Shown here piece after piece: positions 13,130-25,161 of a stretch of 64,000 nucleotides of DNA. Position 1 is the stretch's first letter; each line of letters starts with the position of its first letter. This DNA comes from Pelomyxa schiedti. Its lineage: Eukaryota > Protista > Evosea. Both the position numbers and the translations under genes were made by a program. The notes under the pieces were generated by a model that worked only from the letters and a program-made list of their open reading frames with translations, was not told where the DNA came from and did not search any database. The DNA lies in NCBI GenBank assembly GCA_020536535.1, contig JAHLWZ010000672.1, positions 1 to 64,000 on the forward strand. The letters run 5' to 3'.

Positions 13130-13347
13130 CACTTGTTATTATTATTTCGTTTTCTAGTGTTTTGTTTGTTTCCTTTTTGCGTGATCTTCGAGATGTGGGG
13201 GGATTTTTGTCGAACGCTCTTGGTTGCGTCCGGGGCATCAGATCAATCAAACGGGGTGATTGACTCGGTCGTTCTTCAGGGGCTCCGTTCTCTCAGAACT
13301 GTGTCTTGTGAACCTTTGATCTATAGTTGAGGTTTGGTAACCAGGAT

Positions 13348-14361
13348 TTTGGGATGGGAGATCAGGAGTCGAAATTGCGGGAGCACAGCGACTTGAACTT
13401 GCAGGACGTGGTCGGGAAGGGGAACAACATCTCGTCGATTAAGAAAATTGTGTTGCCAACATGTGCTGCCTTTTCGTTTGCTGGACAGGGCGAGGACTCC
13501 TCGGGCGCAAGTGACGGCAAAATACACATTGAACTTGTCAAAACTGTGGCGTACAGGGGTGACAAAACAATCAAATCCGCGACTGTGCACAAGTAATTCA
13601 CTCTTTATCCCAATTTTTTTTTTTTTTTTTTTTAACTTACCCTCTCACAAATGCACTCCAAATTTTGTTACTGAAATGCTAATTGAATTCGCTTTCATAA
13701 TTACAGCAGTATGGGTGTAGCATATAAACTGATTGGAGATGAACTTCAGATAGGAACATGGGGAGAATGGGAAGGGAATAGCGACGGCAGTGCACTCATC
13801 AATCTAACTTGCACCAACATTCCAAAGAAAATAAACGTGCGGCTGAGTGCTGCTCACTGCGGAGAACACAGCGTGGCATGCGGAGTAATTGTGGCAATTG
13901 GTATGTATCGTTCTTCTATCATTCATTATTCCTTACAAATTCCCAACACAAAGACTATGGTGATACATGGTTTGGCTGCAGACAACCCGGACCCGATTGG
14001 CTTGACATCCCTCGCGTGTACTGATATTATACTAACAACTATGTGGATAAACCACCACAATTCTTGTATTAAAAGAAAGCCACATTAACATGTTCTTTGT
14101 CTGTTTATGATTCTGATCACAACAGGTGGCATATGGATTGTAGTGTGTGGATGAAGGAGCAAGAGTTTGTGTGACGTTGTGCCAGTGGGTGATGGTCCTA
14201 TGATGCTGAAAGGAGTGCTGTGTGGCACCAAACCCATAGCTGGAGCACGAAAGGGAAGAAGACTTGTGAGCTCTCCTGGTATTGTGTTGCCCAATCGGAA
14301 AGCAACAAGCAATAAATCGCCGGCAGAAAAACTACGAAATAAACATCATTTCCAAGAATAA
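13348..14361 (+). pseudogene. Unknown exon-intron structured gene, apparently disrupted next to the duplication
   Basis: Exon-like ORFs at 13348-13592, 13711-13900 and 13955-14040 with GT..AG introns. The next exon (~14125) has stops in all frames. Confidence 0.35.
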
Positions 14362-14644
14362 AAAATGTTCTTCTATTTTAGGAAACCCGTTGATTTCGTG
14401 CTTTGCTTGTCGTGTGCGCCGAACAACCTTGATTGATATCTGTGACTCTCAGCCCATAGAGCCCAGCGTGATTGCACCTACGAGTTGTTAGTACAGGTGA
14501 TACGGGGAAAATTGGGTGCCTCTCCTTGAAGGGTGTGCTCGCTGTAATCCAAATGCAAATCCAATATCCAGCAGCTCTCTTTTGTCTCTGCAAGTCGATA
14601 TCAGAATACCAGATAGAAAACTTATATAAAACCTTGGGTGGTCA

Positions 14645-17600
14645 CAGATAAAGATAGACAGGGAGAGCTTGCTTTGCTTGGCGAGGTGCGGTTCTGTGCG
14701 CGAGCCGCACCTCGCCATCTCGTCAGGTTGTCGTGTGCGCCGAACAACTATTATGTTGTTTGTGTATTGGCGTTCTCCACACTCAAGAATCCGATGCACT
14801 TCGAATACGTACTCCAAGTTAGCCCCAACGTTGTACTACGCAACAGAAAACAAACAGAGTAAAAAAAACATGGGGAAGGAAAAACGAGACTTTGGTGGTA
14901 TTAGAAGTACCGTTGTAGACAAATGGTACAACAAACGAGCGTGAAATTGTTGGTTCGTGTCGTGTTTTAGGGGTTTGGTTGTTGTGTTTTTTTGTTTTGT
15001 TTTGTTTTTTATTTGTTTGTATTGAGTCTGTTCCCCGGCCAGAAACTAGCAACTGTACGTTAAGAAAACAGGCACAGGATTAGAAAATAAGATAGATACG
15101 GGGAAGATCTCTAAGTCTAAGTCAAAGTCAAAGTCTATGTACGAGGTACGGGAGCGGTGCCGACTGTGCCCTCGTATGCAGTGATGTCACTGCAGCAGAA
15201 GGAAACCCAACGGGCGTTGCCAATGGGCGAAGTTTGATCGTTCGGTGAACATCGATGTTTGTCTCCAAATGGCCGTAGTCGTGTTTGGACAACGTGCGTA
15301 GTGGTACACGCAGGCAAATCGTAATGTCAATATGTCATTCATGCCACAATTTTGATTGGTCCAACAAGCAAACAAATCAATGGAGAAGGGATCTGCGTCC
15401 TGTGGTGGCGATGTGTCGCGGGTTTGGTACGCTCCGTTGGATTGCGGTGTTGGAGAAAAGGAACGAAGAAAAGTTTAGAGATCTACTGAAACCGAGGCTT
15501 CGAAGCCAAGACTGTCAGAAAAGTGTCTAAAAATAAATGCCATGAGGATTTCTGATTCCACTGCCACTCTCTCCCTCTTTTTCTCCCACATGGCAATAGT
15601 GCTCAACCACAGCAGAATTTTCCACTCAAGGTCTCAACCTCGGGGAACGGGGCGGGCGTGTGGTGAAAGTGCTTTCATCACAACAAATACCGCTGCTTGT
15701 CTGGTGGTGTCAATGACATTCGTGCGACTTGGTAATTCTACAGTCACATCCAACTCCCACTCTACGTTTGGTGGTTACCTTCTCTGACCCTCCTCCAAGC
15801 CACATTCATCCACTGAGAAGTTTTAGTGACGGTGTGGGAAGCGACACTCTCACCAAAGAGAATGAGCCCGCAGAAAAAACCAGACCAGGAATGAGTTGAT
15901 TTATCTCGAGAACGGTTATTTGCGGCATCAGTTCAAAGGTATGCATATGGATTGTCTAATCCTTAGTGGTATTAATACTCATTCTCTTGGAGGACCTGTG
16001 GTAATTTTTGCCTGAACATCGAGTACTGCATCCATCCTTGGCTATCTTTTCTTTCATGCACGTTCGCATCAATCCTTCATTATAGGATCAGAGACGATTA
16101 CCTGTCTACAAGTGTTTTTGCTTGTATGATACCAAAGGAAGGGAAAGGCATTACCTCTCTAGTGCCTTTGGAAGGTTCACTACTAAGTCTAATTTCCGAA
16201 CTGGGACAAGTTTGAGTGGCACCGCTTACACTTTTTCTTACCACTAATTTTTTGTTATGCAAGGCCAAAATTCTTCAGCACACTACTGAAGTGATTGATG
16301 AGCGCGAGGGTCACTTCTTCAAAGTTCCTCATCAACCGTTATGTTTCACTACTTAATAGTTCCTGACAAACCTGCAGTGTTTACTTTTGCACAGCAACAC
16401 GAGAATACATCACTTGAAAGCTATCGATTAACTTTGTAAAAAATGCAACAAACTGTAAGGAACCAGGATAGCCATCAGGAAAAAATGTGGGCCGCAGTTG
16501 CGTCGCGGCGGCACTTCATCAGCACCTCCCACACCCCTCCTCACTTGAACAACAAACAAAAAAATTGATTTAGGCCAATGTTTGTTTTGTTACTTGTTCG
16601 AAGTTTTTTGTCGAGGGAGAAAAAATTTTCCCCTTTAGAAAGGCGTCCACACCCCCTGAGGCACAACTCTCGGGTTGTGCCTGTGTTGTGGGGATTAATG
16701 GCTTGTTGAGGTGAATTCTTGATGGATGCATGAGGACTGCTTTGCTGTGGTTATTGCAGCAAGGACTGCTGTGGTTGCATTTGCTGGGAACCGAGGAGTA
16801 TTGGGTGATCGACTCTGTTTTGGGCTCTGTGGTTGATTTGCTCTTCTTAATAACCATGGGAATGGCTTTGTGTACGGGGCACCTGTTGTATCGCGTGAGT
16901 GAATCTGTTCCAGGGAGAGTGATAGTCACACACTTCCAAATGCATTGAACAACAGCCGGAGCGGTGCCGCGTCCATCGTAGTATGCAAGAACACTGTCAC
17001 CAACTTGGAGGTCTTTCATTGGGCACTGCTGTCCAGCTGATGACATCAGAATTGTGGCATTCGGCCCAAAGCAAACAAAATGATCCCGGACATACTTTGA
17101 AATGAATATGTAAGTCAACAAAAACCAAAAAAAAAAAAAAAAGTAAAGTAAACCTGTTCATGTTGAATTTCAGCCGTCGTAATTCCGAGTCTCTTTGTTG
17201 TTACGCGGATGTGAAGTGGTGACGCTTCAATGAAGTGAAAGAAATTACCCAAAACCTGCGCCCTGGTCATCTCAGGATAAACACACATGAGCATTTTCCA
17301 TATTCGGAGGTGGCGTGGAGGTGTAGTTCTGGAATCGGGGCGAATCTGTGTAAAAATGCAATGAGTGAATGTTGAAAGAGGCCAACAAAACTGCACACAT
17401 CGGAAATTGGAAGGTGGTATTTACGGATAAGCCACTCGGCACATTTAGCCTTTCCACTTAGAATCAAGGAGTTCAGTGGGGTGTTTTCTAAAAAAATGTG
17501 TTCTACTGATCTCACCTGATGTGCACTCAAGTGAAATTTCTGAAGGAGCCACTTGACAACTTTTCCAGAATTAGCTGAAGCAGCCATTTTCAAGCCTTTT

Positions 17601-18576
17601 GCAACGTCTTCTGAAGATAAACTGCAATGCGAAAAAAGGAGCTTTGCCTATGAAATATCCCGCAGCAAGCAGTATGCCAGACATCATTTATAGTGACTGG
17701 AACTGTGAATTTTTTCAGCAAAGCCGACGCAGCCTTGGTGTGCTGACGATGTATTCCGCATCTTTGAAATGCTTGATTCAAGGTTTTTTCACTGATGTTG
17801 ATTAATGTGGAACGGGAAAGGAACCACTGGAGACCACGCAGACAGCGACAGTAAGACTCCGAGATTTTCTTCAAGGTTGAATCAGCCATGCCGGGGGTTG
17901 TGTTGACATGATCCATCACGTGGAATGTCCCATCCAACCACTCTGCAATTGATATGTTGTTATGGCCCAGAGACTCCACAAGGCACTGGAGAATGTATTT
18001 TGTTGCAAGTGGCATGGTTCTTGGGAACAGGCTCCTCACCACTGGCACGCTATTCGCGCATGCTGCAATGAATGTCTCAGGGGTGACAGGTCCAATGCTG
18101 ACACTAAAGTTTGTCAACAACCACTCAACGAGTTCGTCATCGGTTGAAATCTAACAGGCCCGAGAGAAGTCTTTCTGAGTCAGTTGGATGGACAAGTTAC
18201 CTAAATGCTCTTGGACTGAAGATATTGCCGAGAGATCCCGAATGGCCTTCCACTGTAAATGTCTTCTTGATCCACTGGCACCCTTCTTCCAATTCTGGTG
18301 GTGAATGCCGAATGAACTGATGCAAAATGTCATAGGAATATCTCTGACGGCATCACTACCGACGCTGAACCATTCAGTGCAAAGCTTCAGAAGTTCCAAA
18401 CTTGGGGTGTCAAAGAAGTCGACGATGTTACGGGGGAGCCATCCACGTCTGTACTGTACTGTTGATGCTGCCTTGCAAGCACCAACAGCACCAGTTGAAT
18501 ATGCCAGCCACTTCACAACATCAGCATGTCCTTTATTCAGTGCAACTTCAAATGGATCAACCAGCTCCCAGGGCTC
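14645..18576. repeat. Segmental duplication, copy A (runs into N-gap)
   Basis: Colinear high-identity match to ~19529-24075 over both coding and non-coding sequence. Confidence 0.95.
16570..18576 (-). pseudogene. Degenerate copy of the ankyrin-like/Hint gene
   Basis: Frameshifts near 18350, 18198 and 17660. TCG->TAG at 18151-18153. ~20-bp deletion removing the ITPD codons at ~16810. ~0.5-kb deletion of the Hint C-terminal half at ~16660. Confidence 0.9.
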
Positions 18577-19010
18577 NNNNNNNNNNNNNNNNNNNNNNNN
18601 NNNNNNNNNNNNNNNNNNNNNNNNNNNNNNNNNNNNNNNNNNNNNNNNNNNNNNNNNNNNNNNNNNNNNNNNNNNNCACGCATGCACAACAAACATACAG
18701 TTTCTCAGAGTAGGGCATCAGCATCTTGATCACCCCCTTTTTTCGGTGGCGAGTCGGTACCGACAACACATACTGGTACTCTGGCTCCATGGGTTTTGTT
18801 TAAAATTTTAAAATGTCAGATCTACATAAACACAACGATCTCAGTAGAGAAATCTGGAAATTGTAAGGATATATTTACCGTTATCATTCATAATTCCCGG
18901 TAAACTACCACGACCGACCCCGAAACATAAACAAACCAAAGAAAAAAAGTTTTTTGAGAAACACTGTTTGTCTGTTTCGTACAGTAAAAAACACAACACC
19001 GTACGAAGAA

Positions 19011-19528
19011 CTCTCGAACTCCACACAGTCACTCACTCGCGTCGCGGCGGCAGCGCGCTGTGTACGAGTAAGTGTAAAGTGTATGTATTAAGAAGTTGTT
19101 TACCTGCAGTGTGCCAGCTCTGGCAGCAAACCAACAACGAACTCTCGCGGCCTGATTCCGAGAACTGAAGATAGGCTGTGACACCAGCCATATCCATCCA
19201 CCCACCACAAGCTGACTCCGAGAACTGAAGATAGGCTGTGACACCAGCCATATCCATCCATCCACCACAAGCTGATATTCCGCTGAGAACTGAAGATAGG
19301 CTGTGACACCAGCCATATCCATCCATCCACCCACCCACGAATTCTCTCTAACAACCAGAGTAAGTAAAGATGGAGAGAAATGAACTTGTAAAATACATAA
19401 CTTTTTTGGTAGGTACTCGAAGGAAGAACTCTCTCGAACTCCACACAGTCACTCACTCGCGTCGCGGCGGCAGCGCGCTGTGTACGAGTAAGTGTAAAGT
19501 GTATGTATTAAGAAGTTGTTTACCTGCA
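19011..19528. repeat. 98-bp perfect direct repeats (19011-19108, 19431-19528) flanking a minisatellite; possible non-autonomous mobile element
   Basis: Identical ctctcgaact...tacctgca blocks 420 bp apart, at the junction of duplication copy B. Confidence 0.85.
19152..19338. repeat. Minisatellite, 3 x ~60-65 bp with a hairpin core
   Basis: Identical 40-bp core agaactgaagataggctgtgacaccagccatatccatcca at 19161, 19221 and 19286. Confidence 0.95.
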
Positions 19529-22500
19529 ACAGATAGACAGGGAGAGCTTGCTTTGCTTTGCTTGGCAAGGTGCGGTTATGTGCGCGAGCAGCACCTCGCC
19601 ATCTCGTCATCTCGTAAGGTTGTAGTGTGCGCCGAACAGCCGTTACGCTGTTTGTGTATTGGCGATTCTCCCCATAGACAAACACTCAAGATACGATGTT
19701 CTATGAATACGTTACTCAGAGTTGCAACCAACGTGGTACTACGCAACAACAAAAAACAGAGTTAAAAAAAACATGGGGAAAAACGGGACTTTGGTAGTAT
19801 TAAAAATACCATTGTAGACAAATGGTACCACAAACAAGCGTGAAATTGTTGGTTCGTGTCGTGTTTTCGGGGTTTGGTTGTTGTGTTTTTTTTTTGTTTT
19901 GTTTTGTTTTGTTTGTTTTGTTTTTTATTTGCTTGTATCGAGTCTTTTCCCCGGAGTCTTTTCCCTGGCCAGAAAATAGCAACTGTACGTTAAGAAAACA
20001 GGCACAGGATTAGAAAAAAAAGGTAGCACAGGGGAAGATCTCTAAGTCTAAGTCTATGTACGAGGTACGTGAGCGGTGCGAACTGTGTCCTCGTATGCAG
20101 CGATGTCACTGCAGCAGAAGGAAACCCAACTGGCGTTGCCAATGGGCGAAGTTTGATCGTTCCGTTAACATCGGTTTTTTTCTCCAAATGGCCGTAGTCG
20201 TGCTTGGACACCATGCGTAGAGGAAAACGCAGGCAAATCGTAATGTCAATATGTCATTCATGCCACAATTTTGATTTGTCCAACAAGCAAACGAAACAAA
20301 CAAATCAAGGGAGAAGGGATCTGAGTCCTGCGGTGGCGATGTGTCGCGGGTTTGGGGTACGCTCTGTTGGTTTGTGGTTGGGTGCGGTTGGAGAAAAGGA
20401 ACGAAAAGGAAAGGAAGGAAACTGTAAAAATCTCCTGCAACCGAGGCTTCGAAGCCAAGACAGTAAGAAGAGTGTCTAAAAATAAATGCTGTGAGGATTT
20501 CTGATTCCACTCTCACTCTCTCCCTCTTTTTCTCCCACATCGCTGCCAATGGGGCTCAACCACAGTAGAATTTTCCACTCAAGGTACCAACCTGAGGGAA
20601 ACCAAACAAGCGTTTGATGAAAGTGCCAACACACAAACACTGCTTGTCTTGGTGTTTCTGACATTCGGGTGACTTGGTAATTCTACAGTCACATCCAACT
20701 CCACTCTACGTTTGAGAGGGTGGTTACCCTCTCAGACCCTCCAAGGGAGCCACATTCATCCACTGAGAAGTTTTAGTGAGTTGGGAGACGTTGTGGGAAG
20801 CGACACTCTCACCAAAGAGAATGAGCCCGCAGAAAAAACCGGACCAGGAATGAGTTGATTTATGTCGAGAACGCATCAGTTCAAAGGTATGCATATGGAT
20901 TGTCTGATCCTTAGTGGTATTAATACTCATTCTCTTGGAGGACTTGTGGTAATTTTTGCCTGAACATCGAGTAATACATCCATCATTGGCTATCTTTTCT
21001 TTCATGCACTTTCGCATCAATCCTTCATTATAGGATCAGTACCTGTCTACAAGTGTTTTTGCTTGTATGATACCAAGAAGGAAGGGGAAGGCATTACCTC
21101 TAGTGTCTTTGGAAGGTTCACCACTAAGTCTAATTTCCGGTTCCAAGTTTGAGTGGAACCGCTTACACTTTTTCTTACCACTAATTTTTTTGTTATTCAA
21201 GGCCAAAATTCTTCAGCACACTACTGAAGTGATTGATGAGCGAGAGGGCACTTCTTCAAAGTTCCTTATCAACCGTTATGTTTCACAACTTAATAGTCAC
21301 TGACAAACCTGCAGTGTTTACTTTTGTAACAGCAAAACGAGAATGCATCACTTGAAAGCTATCGCTTAACTTTGCAAAACATGCAACAAACTGTAAGGAG
21401 CCAGGATAACCATGAGGAAAGGATGTGTGGGCCGCAGTTGCGTTGCGGCGGCACTTCATCAGCACCTCCCACATCCCTCCTCGCTTGAACAACAAACAAA
21501 AAAATGATTTCGGCCAAAATCCCTTGTTTTTTTTTGTTACTCAAAGCTCAAAACTTTTTGCTCGGCGGAAAAAAAAAATTTCCTGTAGAAAGGCGTCCAC
21601 ATACCAACCAGTCAGGGAAAATCACTGCCCCCCACTCCTGAGGACTTGGATGGGGGAGGAGGTACGGTGCAGACGTAAGGGAAGCAGCAGTCCGAATGCA
21701 ACCAATGGACTACCCTGTCGGTGCCCCACCAGTCATCAGGGTAGCCTGGCACGCTCATCCCAAGGGTGCAGCATGCAACGCCAACTGGTTGTGGTGGAGA
21801 TATCCTTGTTTCTGGTTGTGATCCACACCAACTAGGCTCATAACCGGAATCGGCTGATGGAGAGTTGTTGTAGGGGGAGGAAGGGTCAGAACATGTTGCC
21901 ATTATGATGACGGCACCTCGCTGCTGCTGTTGTTGATTGCCGCTGTGATTGCTGCTCGTGGTCGCTGTTGATGTGGCAACACCACTACTGGGTGACAGGA
22001 ATTCGTTCTTTGCTGTTTGTTGTTGTTGGAGGTCTGGAATTTGAGGTTGCCAGAGGTGTTGTGGTTCCAGTACAAGGTTATAGACATATTCCACGTGAGT
22101 GATGTGTGGCTCACAAAGAGTGGTTGGGAGGCACCACTCTCGGGTTGTGCCGGTTTTGTGGGGAGTAATGGCTTGTTGAGGTGTATTCTTGATGGATGAA
22201 TGAGGACTGCTTTGCTGTGGTGATTGCAGCAAGGACTGCTGTGGTTGTATTTGCTGGGAACTGAGAAGGAGTATTGGGTGATCGGGCGTGATTTCGAGAA
22301 CCGACTCTGTTTTGGGCTCTGTGGGTGATTTGCTCTTCTTAATAACCATGGGAATGGCTTTGTGTACGGGGCACCTGTTGTATCGCGTGAGTGAATCTAT
22401 TCCAGGGAGAGTGACGGTCACACACTTCCAAATGCATTGAACAACAGCCGGAGCGGTGCCGCGTCCATCGTAGTATGCAAGGACACTGTCACCAACTCGG

Positions 22501-24075
22501 AGGTCTTTCATTGGGCACTGCTGTCCAGCTGATGACATCAGAATTGTGGCATTCGGCCCAAAGCAAACAAAATGATCCCGGACATACTTTGAAATGAATA
22601 GATATAAGTCAACAAAAACAAAAAAAAAAATCAAGTAAACCTGTTCGTGTTGGATTTCAGCCGCCGTAATTCCGAGCCTCTTTGTTGTCACGCGGATGTG
22701 AAGTGGTGACGCTTCAATGAAGTGAAAGAAATCACCCAAAGCCTGCGCTGTGGTCATCTCAGGATAAACACGCATGAGCATTTTCCATATTCGGAGGTGG
22801 CGTGGTGGTGTAGTTCTGGAATCGGGGCGAATCTGTGTAAAAATGCAATGAGTGGATGTTGAAAGAGACAACAAAAATGCACACATCGGAAATTGGAAGG
22901 CGGTATTTGCGGATAAGCCACTCCGCACATTTAGCCTTTCCACTTAGAATCAAGGAGTTCAGCGGGGTGTTTACTAAAGAAATGCGTTCTACTGATCTCA
23001 CCTGAAGTGCACTCAAGTGAAATTTCTGAATGAGCCACCTGACAACTTTTCCAGAATTAGTTGAATCAGCCATTTTCAAGCCTTTTGCGACGTCTTCTGA
23101 AGATAAACTGCAATGCGAAAAAAGTAGCTTTGCCTCTGAAATATCCCCGCAGCTAGCAGTATGCCAGACATCATTTATAGTGACTGGAACTGTGAATTTT
23201 TTCAGCAAAGCCGACGCAGCCTTGGTGTGCTGATGATGTATTCTGCATCTTTGAAATGCTTGATTCAAGGTTTGCTCACTGATGTTGATTAATGTGGCAC
23301 GGGAAAGGAACCACTGGAGACCACGCAGACAGCGACAGTACGACTCCGAGATTTTCTTCAATGTTGAATCAGCCATGCCGGGGGTTTCGTTGACATGATC
23401 CATCACGTGGAATGTCCCGTCCAACCACTCTGCAATTGATATGTTGCTATGGCCCAGAGACTCCACAAGGCACTTGAGAATGTGTTTTGTTGCAAGTGGC
23501 ATGGTTCTTGGGAACAGGCATCTCACCACTGCCACGCTATTCGCGCATGCCGCAATGAAAGTCTCAGGGGTGACAGGTCCAATGCTGCCACTGAAGTTTG
23601 TCAATAACCACTCAACGAGTTCGTCATCGGTTGAAATCGAACAGGCCCGAGAGAAGTCTTTCTGTGTCGGTTGGATGGACAAGTTGATTATCATCCACCT
23701 AAATGCTCTTGGACTGAAGATATTGTCGAGAGATCCCGAATAGCCTTCCACTGCAAATGTCTTCTTGATCCACTGGCACCCTTCTTCTAATTCTGGTGGG
23801 GAATGCCGAACGAACTGACGCAAAATGTCATAGGAATATCTCTGACGGGCATCACTGCTGACGCTGAACCATTCAGTGCAAAGCTTCAGAAGTTCCAAAC
23901 TTGGGGTGCCAAAGAAGTGGACGATGTTACGGGGGTGCCATCCACGTCTGTACCGTACTGTTGATGCTGCCTTGCAAGCACCAACAGCACCAGTTGAATA
24001 TGCCAGCCACTTCACAACATCAGCATGTCCTTTATTCAGTGCAACTTCAAATGGATCAACCAGCTCCCAGGGCTC
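19529..24075. repeat. Segmental duplication, copy B
   Basis: Matches 14645-18576. Confidence 0.95.
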
Positions 24076-24844
24076 AGTTCCCACGCCACCGTCAACGCTC
24101 CCTGACATCACCCACTTCACGGATTCGAGGTGCCCTCCCTTGCACGCACAATACAGCAGGCTCTGAACCCTCGTATCTCGCAAGTCATCAAACAGGTCGG
24201 GGTCATCGCAGGGCCACCTCAATAAGGCACAACTACGCCATGGTCTGTTGCCGCTATTCACAAGCTCCTGCGCCATTCCAACATGTCCCCCTGCCAATTC
24301 AAGTGAATCAAACATCAACAACAATCATCATCACACACACACAACACACAACACACACACAACACACACAAAGCCATCGAGGACCACACATACCAGCACA
24401 GAGGCCCTTGATCACAGCCGCGCACTCCCTCGTGTTGTTCCTCGTCGCCTTCGATCTCAGCACCCAGTCGATGCACCTCGCGCTGCCCGCCTCCCCCGCG
24501 CGCTCGAGCACAAAGTACCGCGACGCGTGCCTGCCGTCCCCGCACGAGCCGGGCACGATGCCGCCCGCGACGGCGCGGCAGGCGCGGGGCACCAGCGGGA
24601 ACAGCGCGTCGGCGAGGCCCAGCAGCCACGCGCACTCGCCCTCGGCCAGGAAGCACCGCTCGCGCGCGTCGTCCGCGTCGTAGGCGAGCACCAAGGGCGC
24701 GACGACGTGGTCCCACACCACGCGCGAGATCCGCAGCACGCGCCCCACGCAGGCGGCTCGCGTGCCCCCGCTGGCGACCTCGTCCCACTGCGCAGCGTGG
24801 CGTGGACGAGGCTCCTCCCCGCCTGCACGTCTGCTCATCATCAT
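21612..24844 (-). CDS. Ankyrin-repeat-like protein with C-terminal Vint-type Hint (autoprocessing) domain
   Basis: Inferred exons 24844-24394, 24290-22885, 22832-22641, 22586-22426, 22374-21612. Ankyrin-like CAGGHVGMAQEL, ACKGGHLESVKWV, ALNKGHADVVKWL. Hint block A CFGPNATILMSS..DLRVGDSV, block B ITPDHPI, EWCLP, VYNLVL, CCTLG..WGTDRV. Confidence 0.85.
24312..24370. repeat. (CA)-rich microsatellite in intron 1 of the ankyrin-Hint gene
   Basis: cacacacacacaacacacaacacacacacaacacacac. Confidence 0.8.
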
Positions 24845-25161
24845 ATGTAGTCGTTGTGCCCAATGACAGACATTTTTTGGAGGGCTCAGCACGGGGGATT
24901 CCACTCTGGGCTTTGCATAATCCTCAAAGTTTTTTTCGGAGAAGGAAAACTTCGCCTGAACAGAACAATCATGCAGCCAACTCCCGCTCGCACTCCCACT
25001 CCATTCCCAACTCTTTGTTTTCGTGGGCATGTCGTGCTGACAAAAGCCACTACAGGGAATATGAACTCATTCTCTTTTTTGTACTGAAAAGGGGAAGCCC
25101 TAATTCTATTCTATCGTTTGTTTGAAAGCAGGGAGCACTATACTTTACAAGTGAGAAGGTA

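Noticed and set aside
19152-19338. CRISPR-like array (40-bp hairpin repeat x3)
   Set aside because: The intervening sequences are near-identical rather than unique spacers, there are no cas genes, and the context is eukaryotic; it is a minisatellite.
19011-19528. TRIM/LTR mini-retroelement
   Set aside because: The direct repeats lack TG..CA at both ends, and no PBS, PPT or target-site duplication is evident.
21612-22565. Classical intein or homing element
   Set aside because: There is no His-Asn+Cys/Ser/Thr C-terminal junction, no endonuclease and no C-extein; it fits a terminal Vint-type Hint domain.
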